64,000 bases of DNA from an uncultured Verrucomicrobiae bacterium (GTDB lineage Bacteria; Verrucomicrobiota; Verrucomicrobiia; Chthoniobacterales; Chthoniobacteraceae): contig CAWIKF010000002.1 of the NCBI GenBank assembly GCA_963836755.1, positions 1 through 64,000 of the forward strand, in the 5' to 3' direction. Positions within the stretch are counted from its first letter, which is position 1. Every line of letters starts with the position of its first letter. The position numbers and the translations under genes were made by a program. The notes under the pieces are model-generated. The model was not told the DNA's origin, did not search any database, and saw nothing but the letters and a program-made list of their open reading frames with translations. Shown piece by piece: positions 9,159 to 18,370 of the stretch.

Positions 9159-11339
9159 TCAAATCATACCGGAGAGTTTTCGCGCCGTCCAATATGCGGC
9201 GAGCAATGCGACCAGCGCCGCGCCGCTCCACCACTCGCTCCAGAGCCGCCAGCGTTTTTCAATCGGCTTCGGCTCGGGCAGTAAGGAAATCTGACGCACG
9301 ATTTTTTCGAGATCGGCCGTTCCACCGGACGCGCCGCGCGTGATCGCGGCCATCTCGCGGAGCACTGCAAAATTCGCGGGCTGGCCGATTTTTTCGCGCG
9401 TCGGCTGCTCGACAAAAATCGGTGCGCTAAGTTTTTGTCCCGCGCTTTCGTCGCCGATCGTCGCGAGATATTTTCCGCCAACGCGCGGGACGAACTCGCC
9501 TTTGAAAACGCCCCAGCCGCCCGGCACCGCGGTCATTTCCAGCCGCTCGCTCGCTCCATCCGGCGCGGTGATTTGCGCGGAGACGTTTCCTTTTTCAATC
9601 GGAAATCCGGTCGCGTCAAAAACGGTCGCGAGCAAATTCACCGTCTCGCCCGTGCGCGGCGTCTCCGGCGAAAAGCTGAAGCGCACGCGCTCGCCCGCCG
9701 CGAGATGCCGCTGGTGCGCCATCCAGCGGACGACCTGGCCCCAGAATCGGTAATGATATTTGTCCTCGACGCCGCGCCGCCAGCGCCAGGCACCATCGGT
9801 GCCCATGAACAAAACTTTGCCGTTGCCGAACGGCCGCGTGACGAGGATCGGGATGTGGCCGCTGTCGTTGCGCAAAGTGGAATGCACCGCGAGCACCTCG
9901 GCGCCCGCGCGACTTTTGCTCACCGCGGCCGACCAGTAAAAGCCGGGCAGATTTTTCCAGATGCCCGCGTTCGTCGCCGGATCGGCCGCGAGCATCGTGA
10001 GCAGGTGGCCTTTGCCCTCGGTCGTGAGAAGAATTTGCGCTTCGCTCGAGGTCGAATTTCCCTCCGGTTTGCTGTCGTCGAATTCGACGGGAAGCAAGTC
10101 GCCAAGCGGCGTCGCGGCCAATGTCAACTCGCGCCCGCGCATGCCCGGCAGAAAGACGAGACCGCTTCCCTGCTGCTCGACGAGCGCGCGCAAACTCGCG
10201 AGATTTTCCGTCGTCAATTCGTGATCTCCGAGCCCGACGTCGCCGACAAAAACGACGTCAAATTTCGAGAGCTGCTCCTTGTTTGCCGGGAACGCCGGCA
10301 GATAATCGGTGCCCGCGCCCGGCGCCATTCCGGGATGAAAAAGCAGCGTCTCGACGTGGACGCCGGGGTCGCGCGAGAGCGCGTTGCGCAGGTAGCGATA
10401 TTCCCAGCGCGGCAGCGAATCGATCACCAGGACGTTCAATGTCTCACTGCGCGCGGCGATGCGAAAAGTTTGCTCGTTGTTGTCCGCGAGCGCTTCGTCC
10501 GGCTCCAACGGAAGCTTTACATCCATCGCATATTCGCCCGCCACGGTCGGCGTCCAGACGAACGAATCGGCAATCTGCCCGAACGCGGGAATCGTAACGA
10601 ATTTGCTCGCGACCACGCCATTCGCGTCCGACATCGTGACCGTCGTCTGCACCTGCCGCGGCAGGTAACTTTGGATTTTAAACGGCACGGTGATTTGATC
10701 GCCGAGCAATCCATACGCGGGTGTCGCCGTGTGCTCCAAAACGAGATCGGGCAATGGCGTTTCGCCGCCGATACCGATGGTGTAAACGGGAATGCCGCGC
10801 GCGCCGCATTTCGTCGCGGCGATTACCGGCGACTCGCCCGCGTTCCAGTCGCCATCGGTCAGGAGCAGCACCGCTTTCAAATTTTCCGCGCTCGCGAGAA
10901 CTTTTTCGACGGCGGCATTGATGTCGGTTCCGGCGTCACTGTTGGCGGACGGCGCGGAAAAGTTTTCGACAGTGACTTTGCCTTTGTCGGAAAGCGCCTT
11001 CCAGCTCGCGGGACTCGCATTCGCTTTCAACCAGCCCGCACGCGTCGTTACACTTTTATTTTCAGCCGCGACGTCGCGTGTTTGCATGCTGCCGGAACCG
11101 TCGAGCAAGATCGCGACCTGCGGCGGCTGCTCGTGAGGAATTTCTTTCACGAGCTCCGGCTTCAAAAGCGCCAAACCGATCAGCGCGATGATCGCGAGCC
11201 GCAGAATTTCCATCGCTGCGACACGCCATGTCCGACCTCGACGCTGCCATTGTTGAAAAGAAATCGCCGCGGAGATGAGCCACGCCGCAATCGCAACCGC
11301 AAGCACCGGCCACGAGACTGTGAATGCCCAATGTGTCAC
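9159..11339 (-). CDS. Membrane protein with vWA domain and glutamine-amidotransferase-like domain
   Basis: MIDAS DGSGS, LLTDG, PRWEYRYLRNAL and WRWRRG motifs; TM helices at both ends. Confidence 0.8.
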   Translation of the reverse strand: MTHWAFTVSWPVLAVAIAAWLISAAISFQQWQRRGRTWRVAAMEILRLAIIALIGLALLKPELVKEIPHEQPPQVAILLDGSGSMQTRDVAAENKSVTTRAGWLKANASPASWKALSDKGKVTVENFSAPSANSDAGTDINAAVEKVLASAENLKAVLLLTDGDWNAGESPVIAATKCGARGIPVYTIGIGGETPLPDLVLEHTATPAYGLLGDQITVPFKIQSYLPRQVQTTVTMSDANGVVASKFVTIPAFGQIADSFVWTPTVAGEYAMDVKLPLEPDEALADNNEQTFRIAARSETLNVLVIDSLPRWEYRYLRNALSRDPGVHVETLLFHPGMAPGAGTDYLPAFPANKEQLSKFDVVFVGDVGLGDHELTTENLASLRALVEQQGSGLVFLPGMRGRELTLAATPLGDLLPVEFDDSKPEGNSTSSEAQILLTTEGKGHLLTMLAADPATNAGIWKNLPGFYWSAAVSKSRAGAEVLAVHSTLRNDSGHIPILVTRPFGNGKVLFMGTDGAWRWRRGVEDKYHYRFWGQVVRWMAHQRHLAAGERVRFSFSPETPRTGETVNLLATVFDATGFPIEKGNVSAQITAPDGASERLEMTAVPGGWGVFKGEFVPRVGGKYLATIGDESAGQKLSAPIFVEQPTREKIGQPANFAVLREMAAITRGASGGTADLEKIVRQISLLPEPKPIEKRWRLWSEWWSGAALVALLAAYWTARKLSGMI

Positions 11340-13327
11340 GTGGCCTCCGCGAAAGTTGCACGCGTCGGTTTCGGCGCCTGTGCTTCCGGGCGCGCCGCGC
11401 GCAACGGCAGCGAGAGAAAAGCCTCGGCAAGCAGCGCCGCCAGCATGGTCAAAAGCAGCGCGCGCCAGATTTCTCCTTGCAGCGACGCGGTCTGCCCGCT
11501 GCGCTCCTCAAAAAATTGAAACGGCAGTGAACCGAAGAGCGGCCTCGCTGCGGTGCTTTCGATTTTTTCAAAATTGTCCTCAATTTCCGGCCGATTCACT
11601 GCGATGAGCCGCGCGCCGTTTCGATAAACTCCGGCGTCGATCCGCACATCTTTTTGCGACGTATCGACGCTCGCCCAGCCGCGCGGATGCTCGATTAGCG
11701 CAGGATCGCCCGCGAGCACGGACGACGCAGCGGTGAAACGTTTGCCGCCATTTTCGATCAGCCGTTGCAGCATCGGCACTAGCACCTGGCCGCTCGTTAA
11801 AGTGGACCAATCGGGATTGGGCAAAGTCGCGCAAAACAAGATGCGGCCTTGCCCCAAGGCGCGCTCCGTCAGGAACGGCGGCGCTTCTCCAAACGCCGCG
11901 CGCGGATCGCCGCCGCCGACGACGAGCTGCCGGCGCGCGACTGCGAGGTCGCTCACAGGAAGACTCAGGCCCTCATCCGATTTCGCAAGCGGCCCATCCT
12001 GTTCGTCCCAGTGCGCGATACGAAATGGCTGCGCATTTTCCGCGTTTTCAACCGCTCCCCAGCTCGCGCCGGCAAAAGAATTGGTGCCCGCCTTTCCAGG
12101 TGGAAAAAAAATCGCAACGCCGCCGCGATCGACGAACGCATGCAGTTGCTCGGCGACCTTTCCTGCCGGCAAAGTTCCCTGCCAGACCACCGCTGCATAA
12201 GATAACCAGTCGGTGCCGCTTTCGTCGCCAATCAAGTCGCACCGCTGCTTTGAGGCGGAAACCGCGAGCCGCAAATAACGGCGACTGCTATCATCATCCG
12301 CATGCAAAGCCACGCGCACCTCAATTTTCGGAGCGTAAACAAAGTAGGCAACATTGTCTCGCACGTTGCCGTCGGCGGGGAGCTCGATTTTTCCCCATCC
12401 ATCCGGATGCGCGGGATCGAGCGCGAGCGTGCGATGCAGCCGAAGATTTTGTCCCGTCATCACGGCGTCGAATTGCGAGCGCACAGCATCGAGCGTGAGC
12501 GCTACGGGCAAGGTCGCCTTCGTGTTTTGCGGGCGGTTCAAATCGAGCGTGAGATCGAGCTGCGGCTCACCGTCGCGGTCGCGGCGATTCGTGCCGATGA
12601 TCGCCAGCGAAGTGTTCGGCGCTGGCGGCGCGGTCAGCGCGAGCAGACGGATGCGCACCGTTTGGCGGAGCGCCGCGAGACGCGCAACAGCTGCCGGCCA
12701 GCGCGTGCTTTGAGGCTGCCAATTTGTGCGCTGCAAATCGGATGCGATCCAAATTTCCGTCAGGCCCGTCTGGTTGTGCGCGAGCCATTCCGCGGCGGCG
12801 TCAAGCATCGCGGGCATGTCCGCGGCGGTGTCGCTCGGGCGTGTGCTGCCGAGGGTTGAAAGCGAATCAAAGTCCGTCTGCGTGATCTCGCGCGGCTGGC
12901 GCAGCGCACTTTCCATGAGCACGAAACGGGAGCGGCCGGCATAAGTGGCTGCGGCCTGCGAAATGGCGCGCAGAGCCTGTTCACGGCGAGTCAGCGATTG
13001 CGCGGCGTCGCGCGTTTCCATGCTCGCGGAGCGGTCGAGCAGCACGAGAATGACTTCGGGCGACGGCGAGAGCGCCCAGCCAATCCAGCCCCCGGCGAGT
13101 GGGCGCGCAACCGCCAGGATGAGCGCGAGCAACGCGAGCACGCGACAGGCGAGGATGAGGAATTGCCGGAGCTTCGCGTAGCGCGTCGACGCGCGATTTG
13201 CCGAAAAAAGAAAACTCATCGCGGCCCACCGCTGCGTGCGATAACGCATCCTGTTTAACAAATGAATCACCAGCGGAAGCAACGCCAGCGGCAATCCCCA
13301 GAGGATGAACGGTTGCAGAAAAGTCAT
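11336..13327 (-). CDS. BatA N-terminal domain / vWA protein
   Basis: MTFLQP...LPLVIHLLNR...WAAMSFL (BatA), MIDAS DRSAS and SDLQ. Confidence 0.85.
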   Translation of the reverse strand: MTFLQPFILWGLPLALLPLVIHLLNRMRYRTQRWAAMSFLFSANRASTRYAKLRQFLILACRVLALLALILAVARPLAGGWIGWALSPSPEVILVLLDRSASMETRDAAQSLTRREQALRAISQAAATYAGRSRFVLMESALRQPREITQTDFDSLSTLGSTRPSDTAADMPAMLDAAAEWLAHNQTGLTEIWIASDLQRTNWQPQSTRWPAAVARLAALRQTVRIRLLALTAPPAPNTSLAIIGTNRRDRDGEPQLDLTLDLNRPQNTKATLPVALTLDAVRSQFDAVMTGQNLRLHRTLALDPAHPDGWGKIELPADGNVRDNVAYFVYAPKIEVRVALHADDDSSRRYLRLAVSASKQRCDLIGDESGTDWLSYAAVVWQGTLPAGKVAEQLHAFVDRGGVAIFFPPGKAGTNSFAGASWGAVENAENAQPFRIAHWDEQDGPLAKSDEGLSLPVSDLAVARRQLVVGGGDPRAAFGEAPPFLTERALGQGRILFCATLPNPDWSTLTSGQVLVPMLQRLIENGGKRFTAASSVLAGDPALIEHPRGWASVDTSQKDVRIDAGVYRNGARLIAVNRPEIEDNFEKIESTAARPLFGSLPFQFFEERSGQTASLQGEIWRALLLTMLAALLAEAFLSLPLRAARPEAQAPKPTRATFAEAT

Positions 13328-13348
13328 GCAGCGCGCATCCCGCCGGAT

Positions 13349-15646
13349 TTACTTGTCCGAGCCCTTCTCGTTCGGCTGCGGAGGCGGTGGCGAAAATTCC
13401 GCGAAGGCGTGCGCCATCGCTTTTTTGAATTCGACCCGGTCCGCCGGCGTCCACAAACCCATCTGCCAGCGCCACGGTGCGAGGAGTTCCTCCGGCGCAT
13501 TTGCCGACACTGCGGCGCGATATGTCCAGATGCGCAGCGGTAATTGCAGGCCGGTCGCCGCAGGTTCGTCGAATGCGTCGTCAAGCTTCGTCCACAACTC
13601 AGCCGCAGCGGCAATGAGCGGATCTTTTTGCAGCATCTGGGCGTCCTGCAAAGTCGGCGGGCCATACGCGAAATTTTCAAACCCAGGCAGCTTTTTTCTG
13701 TCGTCCGGCGGCTCGCCGCTGAGCCGGTCCAAAAACACGCCCTGGAGTTTCGTGCAGACACTGCGGTTGCGACCGATGCGGACGATGTAACGCGCTGGCC
13801 CGCAGACGATGAATTGTTTGTAAACGCCGCCCAAAAAATCGGTCACGCGCGCGCGGGCGATTGGCTCGGACTTTTGGATCACTTCGCCGCTTTCGTCCCA
13901 TGGGAGCAACTGCACATCATAATCCCGAAGCTGGGTCGGCAGACTTTTTTGCGCGTCGTTGTTTTCAAAATAAAGGCTTAGGCAATGGCAGCCGTCGGGA
14001 ACTTTGACGTCCACCCAGAGATCCGGCCCTTCCCAATCCAGCGGATATTCCGTGAGATCAAAAGTGCCGTCGTTGAGTTCAGATTCGCAGCGCGTGCCGA
14101 GATTCGGATCGTAGAGAACGCGCGGATTTTCCGTGGAACCATTCGCGATGTAAGTGTAGCACCCCTCGTCTTTCCGGTGCTGGCCGATTCCGACCTCCAC
14201 TTCGTAGCCGGGCTCGTTCGCATAAACGCCGGGCGGCGGCGCGCCGCAAAGCATCGCAAAGGAATTGCCGTAACGTCCGACCCAATCGCCCTCGGTGCGC
14301 CAATCGTCGCCGAGATACGCGCCCTCGCCGGGCTTGAACTCTTTTTTAAAAGCATCAACGCGCTCGGCGAGCCGTGCCAAAGATTCGGCAGTTGGCAATT
14401 TGGCGGCCGCGGGAAAAGGCGCGGGCGCTTTGTCTGGCGGGGCGCCCGGCTCTAGCGTCGCAGTGGAACTATCGAGCGTTTTGAGTCCGCCAACATTGAC
14501 GCCATAAACTGCGAAGAGTGGCGGCGCATCAGCGCGAGCGCCTTTCACGTAGGCAATGCGACCGCTTCGATCCGCAGCATAGTCGGCGAGCTTGGTGGCA
14601 GGCAAAATTGCACGAATATGCAACGGATGCTTTTCATCCTCGGGCGCGACCACCATCAATTGCCGGGCGTCATCGAGATCGCGCAGCTCCACCCCTTTTT
14701 GCCGATAGCCGATCCAGACGCGGTTAAATTTTCCTTCCTCCGCGAAGCAGGTCACCCAATCTTCGGCCAACAGCCTGTCAACGCCGGGCTCATAGTGGAT
14801 CGGCGGCGGATTTGCGAGGCCGCGGTCGTTCGCCTCCCAGTCGGCGCCCCGCGCGAAGAACCAACTTTTTCCACCGTCAGGGCTTCCACCGACGCCGATC
14901 GGGGTCGCAACTCCGACAGGCATCGTCGCGACAGGCGTAAGACATTTCGAAACTATAATCGCGTTGATCAAATTGCTCGGCAACCCTTGTCCCAAGGGCG
15001 CTGCCGGCATTTGCGAGGGACCTGTGCCGCTGCGCCATTTCGCGTATTTCTCCGCCGCTTTCGCCATTGCGATTCCGTCGCATTGCGTGCCGAGAAAAAT
15101 GTTCCCGTTCACGTCAAAGGCGATGCACTGGATTTGATTCGAGGGCAATCCGGAGGCGCGCGTGTAGTAATCCCAGTCGCTCTTCGCGTTCGAATAGCGC
15201 GCGACGCCGCAGTCAGTCGCGATCCAAATGTCACCATCGGTCGGGCAGACGGCGATGGCGAAAACGCGGTCGCCGAGCGGGCCGTCGAGCAATCCGTAAT
15301 TTTTCCATTTGGCGCCGTTCCAGACGCTGACGCCGTGATTGAGATGACCGGCCCAAACGCGGTTGAGTTTGTCGACGGCGAGCGCGTAAACGTCGTCATC
15401 GCCGAGCCCATCTTTCGTCGTGAACTGCGTCCACTTTTTCTCGCTCGGATCGTAACGCCAGACGCCGTTGTCCTCGGTTCCGACCCAAAGATTATTTTGC
15501 GCATCGTTCGCGAGCGACGTCGGAAAAGCGCCTTGCCGCGCAACATCCCAGCCAAGCGCAGGAACGAGTTTCGGCTTCTCCTGCGCAAAACTTTGACGCG
15601 CAAAGATCGCGGCAAAAATTCCCAAAGATAAAACGGCTGCTTTCAT
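13349..15646 (-). CDS. Secreted beta-propeller (two-component regulator propeller repeats) protein with uncharacterised C-terminal domain
   Basis: Signal peptide; repeats LWVGT..GV, DGL.DD.V, GLPSNQI and GLPSNLI; C-terminal EGDWVGRYG-containing domain. Confidence 0.75.
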   Translation of the reverse strand: MKAAVLSLGIFAAIFARQSFAQEKPKLVPALGWDVARQGAFPTSLANDAQNNLWVGTEDNGVWRYDPSEKKWTQFTTKDGLGDDDVYALAVDKLNRVWAGHLNHGVSVWNGAKWKNYGLLDGPLGDRVFAIAVCPTDGDIWIATDCGVARYSNAKSDWDYYTRASGLPSNQIQCIAFDVNGNIFLGTQCDGIAMAKAAEKYAKWRSGTGPSQMPAAPLGQGLPSNLINAIIVSKCLTPVATMPVGVATPIGVGGSPDGGKSWFFARGADWEANDRGLANPPPIHYEPGVDRLLAEDWVTCFAEEGKFNRVWIGYRQKGVELRDLDDARQLMVVAPEDEKHPLHIRAILPATKLADYAADRSGRIAYVKGARADAPPLFAVYGVNVGGLKTLDSSTATLEPGAPPDKAPAPFPAAAKLPTAESLARLAERVDAFKKEFKPGEGAYLGDDWRTEGDWVGRYGNSFAMLCGAPPPGVYANEPGYEVEVGIGQHRKDEGCYTYIANGSTENPRVLYDPNLGTRCESELNDGTFDLTEYPLDWEGPDLWVDVKVPDGCHCLSLYFENNDAQKSLPTQLRDYDVQLLPWDESGEVIQKSEPIARARVTDFLGGVYKQFIVCGPARYIVRIGRNRSVCTKLQGVFLDRLSGEPPDDRKKLPGFENFAYGPPTLQDAQMLQKDPLIAAAAELWTKLDDAFDEPAATGLQLPLRIWTYRAAVSANAPEELLAPWRWQMGLWTPADRVEFKKAMAHAFAEFSPPPPQPNEKGSDK

Positions 15647-16539
15647 TTTTTCCGCGCGCGCTCGATCAGGAAATTCGCAATCGCCTTTTCGTAATTTTCA
15701 TCCGTCACGACACGACGATATTCGGCTTTGAATTCGCGGCAGCCCGATTTCAGCCGTGCCAAAAAAGCGTGCAGCTCCGCAAAATAGCGCGCTCGAATCG
15801 TCTCCGGCTCCGCGAGCAAAGTAGACGTCGTCTCGAGATCGACGAATCGCGTCGGATGCGAAAAATCAAAATTGATTTCCGCGCGATCGAGCAGATGAAA
15901 AATCGCGAGATCGTGTTTCCGAAAACGAAGATGCTGAAAACACGGCAGCAACATTTCGAGCGGTGTAAAACAATCGGAAAACACCAGCACGAGCGAGCGC
16001 TGCGGGATTCTTTCCGCGAGCTTGTGCAGCGCCGAAACGATCGCTGTCTCACCACGCGGCTCGAGCTTTGCGAGACCGTCGAAAATGTTGCGCAGGTGCG
16101 CTGCATTTCGCCGCGCAGGAATGTCGAGCACGGCCTTTTCCGCAAAGCATGAGAGCCCGACGGCGTCGCCTTGTTGCACCAGCAAATACGCGAGCGTTGC
16201 GATCATCCGCCGCGCGTAGGCTAGCTTGCTCTCGCCGCCGCTCGCGAAGCTCATCGACGCGCTGGAATCGAGCACGAAATACGCGCGCAGATTTGTGTCG
16301 GCCTCGAATTCCTTGAGGTAAAAACGATCCGTGCGCGCATAGACATGCCAGTCGAGCATCCGGATGTCATCGCCCGGCACGTATTTGCGATACTCGGCAA
16401 ATTCGACGCTCGATCCTTTGTGCGGACTGCGATGCTGGCCGGACATATTTCCGGACATCGGCGCGCGCGCCTGCACCTGCCCGCGCGCGAGCCGGGCCAG
16501 CGCTTTCGGGTCGAGAAAATCGTGCGGGATGCGCTTCAC
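15643..16539 (-). CDS. DUF58 domain protein
   Basis: GQHRSPHKGSSVEFAEYRKYVPGDDIR.LDW and DSSASM motifs. Confidence 0.92.
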   Translation of the reverse strand: MKRIPHDFLDPKALARLARGQVQARAPMSGNMSGQHRSPHKGSSVEFAEYRKYVPGDDIRMLDWHVYARTDRFYLKEFEADTNLRAYFVLDSSASMSFASGGESKLAYARRMIATLAYLLVQQGDAVGLSCFAEKAVLDIPARRNAAHLRNIFDGLAKLEPRGETAIVSALHKLAERIPQRSLVLVFSDCFTPLEMLLPCFQHLRFRKHDLAIFHLLDRAEINFDFSHPTRFVDLETTSTLLAEPETIRARYFAELHAFLARLKSGCREFKAEYRRVVTDENYEKAIANFLIERARKK

Positions 16540-17570
16540 GCCGTGGCGTCGGTGCGAGCTTCCTCGACCAGCCGCTTGATGATTTCGCGGCTCGTGATGC
16601 CTTCGCTTTCAGCGTGGAAGCTCGTCAAAATCCGATGCACGAGCACCGGCTCCGCGAGCGCCTCCACGTCCTCGATCCGCGCGAGATAACTCCCTTGCAA
16701 AGCCGCGCGCGCCTTTGCGCCGAGGATCAAATATTGCACCGCGCGCGGACCTGCGCCCCACGTCACGAGATCCTTGATCCACGCCGGCGCGCTTTCCGAA
16801 TCCGGCCGCGAGCGTCTCACCAAATCGACGACGAAATCGTAAATATGATCCGGCACCGGAACGCGCCGCACGAGCTCTTGAAATGCGATCAATTGCTCGC
16901 CGCTGATCGTTTTTGAAATCTGCGAAAGCGCTCCACCAGTGGTTTCGCGGGCGATTCGCCCCTCTTCCGCAAGCGACGGATAGCCGACGTGAATCAAAAA
17001 CATGAAACGATCCAGCTGCGCTTCTGGCAGCGGATACGTCCCTTCCTGCTCCACCGGATTTTGCGTCGCGAGGACGAAGAACGGCGCCGGCAAATGATAG
17101 AGATGGCCGGCTGCCGTGACGCGATGTTCCTGCATCGCCTCGAGCAGCGCCGACTGCGTTTTGGGAGGGGCGCGATTGATTTCATCGGCCAACACAATGT
17201 TGGCGAAAATTGGCCCTTTCACGTATTCGAACCGCCGGCGCGATTGCTCGCCCTCCTGTAAAATTTCAGTGCCGGTTATGTCGGATGGCATCAAATCCGG
17301 TGTGAATTGCACGCGACTAAATTCCAGCGACATCGCATCGGCGAGCGAGCGCACGAGCAAAGTTTTCGCGAGTCCCGGCACGCCGACGAGCAGCCCGTGG
17401 CCGCGCGCAAAAATCACGATCAGCAGCCGGTCGATCACTTCCTCCTGACCGATGATCACGCGGCCAAGTTCCTCGCGCATTTTTTGCGAAATTTCCCTCA
17501 GTTGGTTGATTGCCGCGACATCGTCGCCGGATGCCAACTGGCCGGGGGAAGCGAGGGCGGAATCGACCAT
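16536..17570 (-). CDS. MoxR family AAA+ ATPase
   Basis: GVPGLAKT Walker A, QFTPDLMPSDITG, DEINRAPPKTQSALLEAM and ATQNPVEQEGTYPLPEAQLDRF. Confidence 0.95.
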   Translation of the reverse strand: MVDSALASPGQLASGDDVAAINQLREISQKMREELGRVIIGQEEVIDRLLIVIFARGHGLLVGVPGLAKTLLVRSLADAMSLEFSRVQFTPDLMPSDITGTEILQEGEQSRRRFEYVKGPIFANIVLADEINRAPPKTQSALLEAMQEHRVTAAGHLYHLPAPFFVLATQNPVEQEGTYPLPEAQLDRFMFLIHVGYPSLAEEGRIARETTGGALSQISKTISGEQLIAFQELVRRVPVPDHIYDFVVDLVRRSRPDSESAPAWIKDLVTWGAGPRAVQYLILGAKARAALQGSYLARIEDVEALAEPVLVHRILTSFHAESEGITSREIIKRLVEEARTDATA

Positions 17571-17695
17571 AAGTGTGCGGAATCTAGTCGCGCGGAAAAT
17601 GAGTTACAAGGATGAGTCGTTTGAATTTTTTGATTTTCCATGGCCGACGACCGCGGCTAGATTTCGCCGCCAAAATCCGCGCACTGCGAATCTCC

Positions 17696-18301
17696 ATGAA
17701 GCTCGAAACATTTACCGGCGGCGTGTTCGACACGAACTGCTTTTTTCTCGAGGACGCCGCGATCCTGATCGATGCGCCGCAAGATTCCGCGGAATGGCTG
17801 CGCGGCGCCGGGCACAAAGTCGCGTGGCTTTTGCTCACGCATGGGCACATCGACCATGTTTTCGACGCTGCAAAAATCCAGCGCGAGCACGGCTGCAAAG
17901 TTGGCTTTCATCCCGACACCGCGCCGATGCTTGCCGATCCGAACTTTTTTCGCAGCTTCGGTTTTCAATTCGACGTCGAACCGGTCGCCGCGGATTTGCT
18001 CATCGATGAAACCAGTTCTCTGGAAATCGCCGGCGTCGATTTTCAGGTGCTGTTCGTGCCGGGACATTGTCCCGGGAGCCTTTGCTTTTTGCACAAAAAG
18101 GAGCGCGTGCTTTTTGGCGGCGACGTTCTTTTCGCAGGCGGCGTGGGTCGCTGGGATTTGCCGGGCGGCGACGGCGAACTGCTTTTCTCCGGCATCAAAA
18201 AGAAAATTTTTCCGCTCGGCGATGACGTCAAAGTTTTCCCCGGCCACGGTCCATCGACCACTGTCGGCATCGAGCGCGCGAGCAATCCGTATCTCACGTG
18301 A
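17696..18301 (+). CDS. MBL-fold metallo-hydrolase (glyoxalase II-like)
   Basis: THGHIDH, PGHCPG, GDVLF and PGHG motifs; start moved to the ATG at 17696. Confidence 0.9.
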   Translation: MKLETFTGGVFDTNCFFLEDAAILIDAPQDSAEWLRGAGHKVAWLLLTHGHIDHVFDAAKIQREHGCKVGFHPDTAPMLADPNFFRSFGFQFDVEPVAADLLIDETSSLEIAGVDFQVLFVPGHCPGSLCFLHKKERVLFGGDVLFAGGVGRWDLPGGDGELLFSGIKKKIFPLGDDVKVFPGHGPSTTVGIERASNPYLT

Positions 18302-18370
18302 CAGCGGTTCTGTAAAAATGTTTGCGCGCGCGATTGAAAACGCGCCGCGCCGTCCTAAGATGCGCGACGC

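Noticed and set aside
9435..11519. 694-aa plus-strand ORF
   Set aside because: Antisense shadow of the vWA/GATase-like gene; Arg-rich with no motifs, as expected in high-GC DNA.
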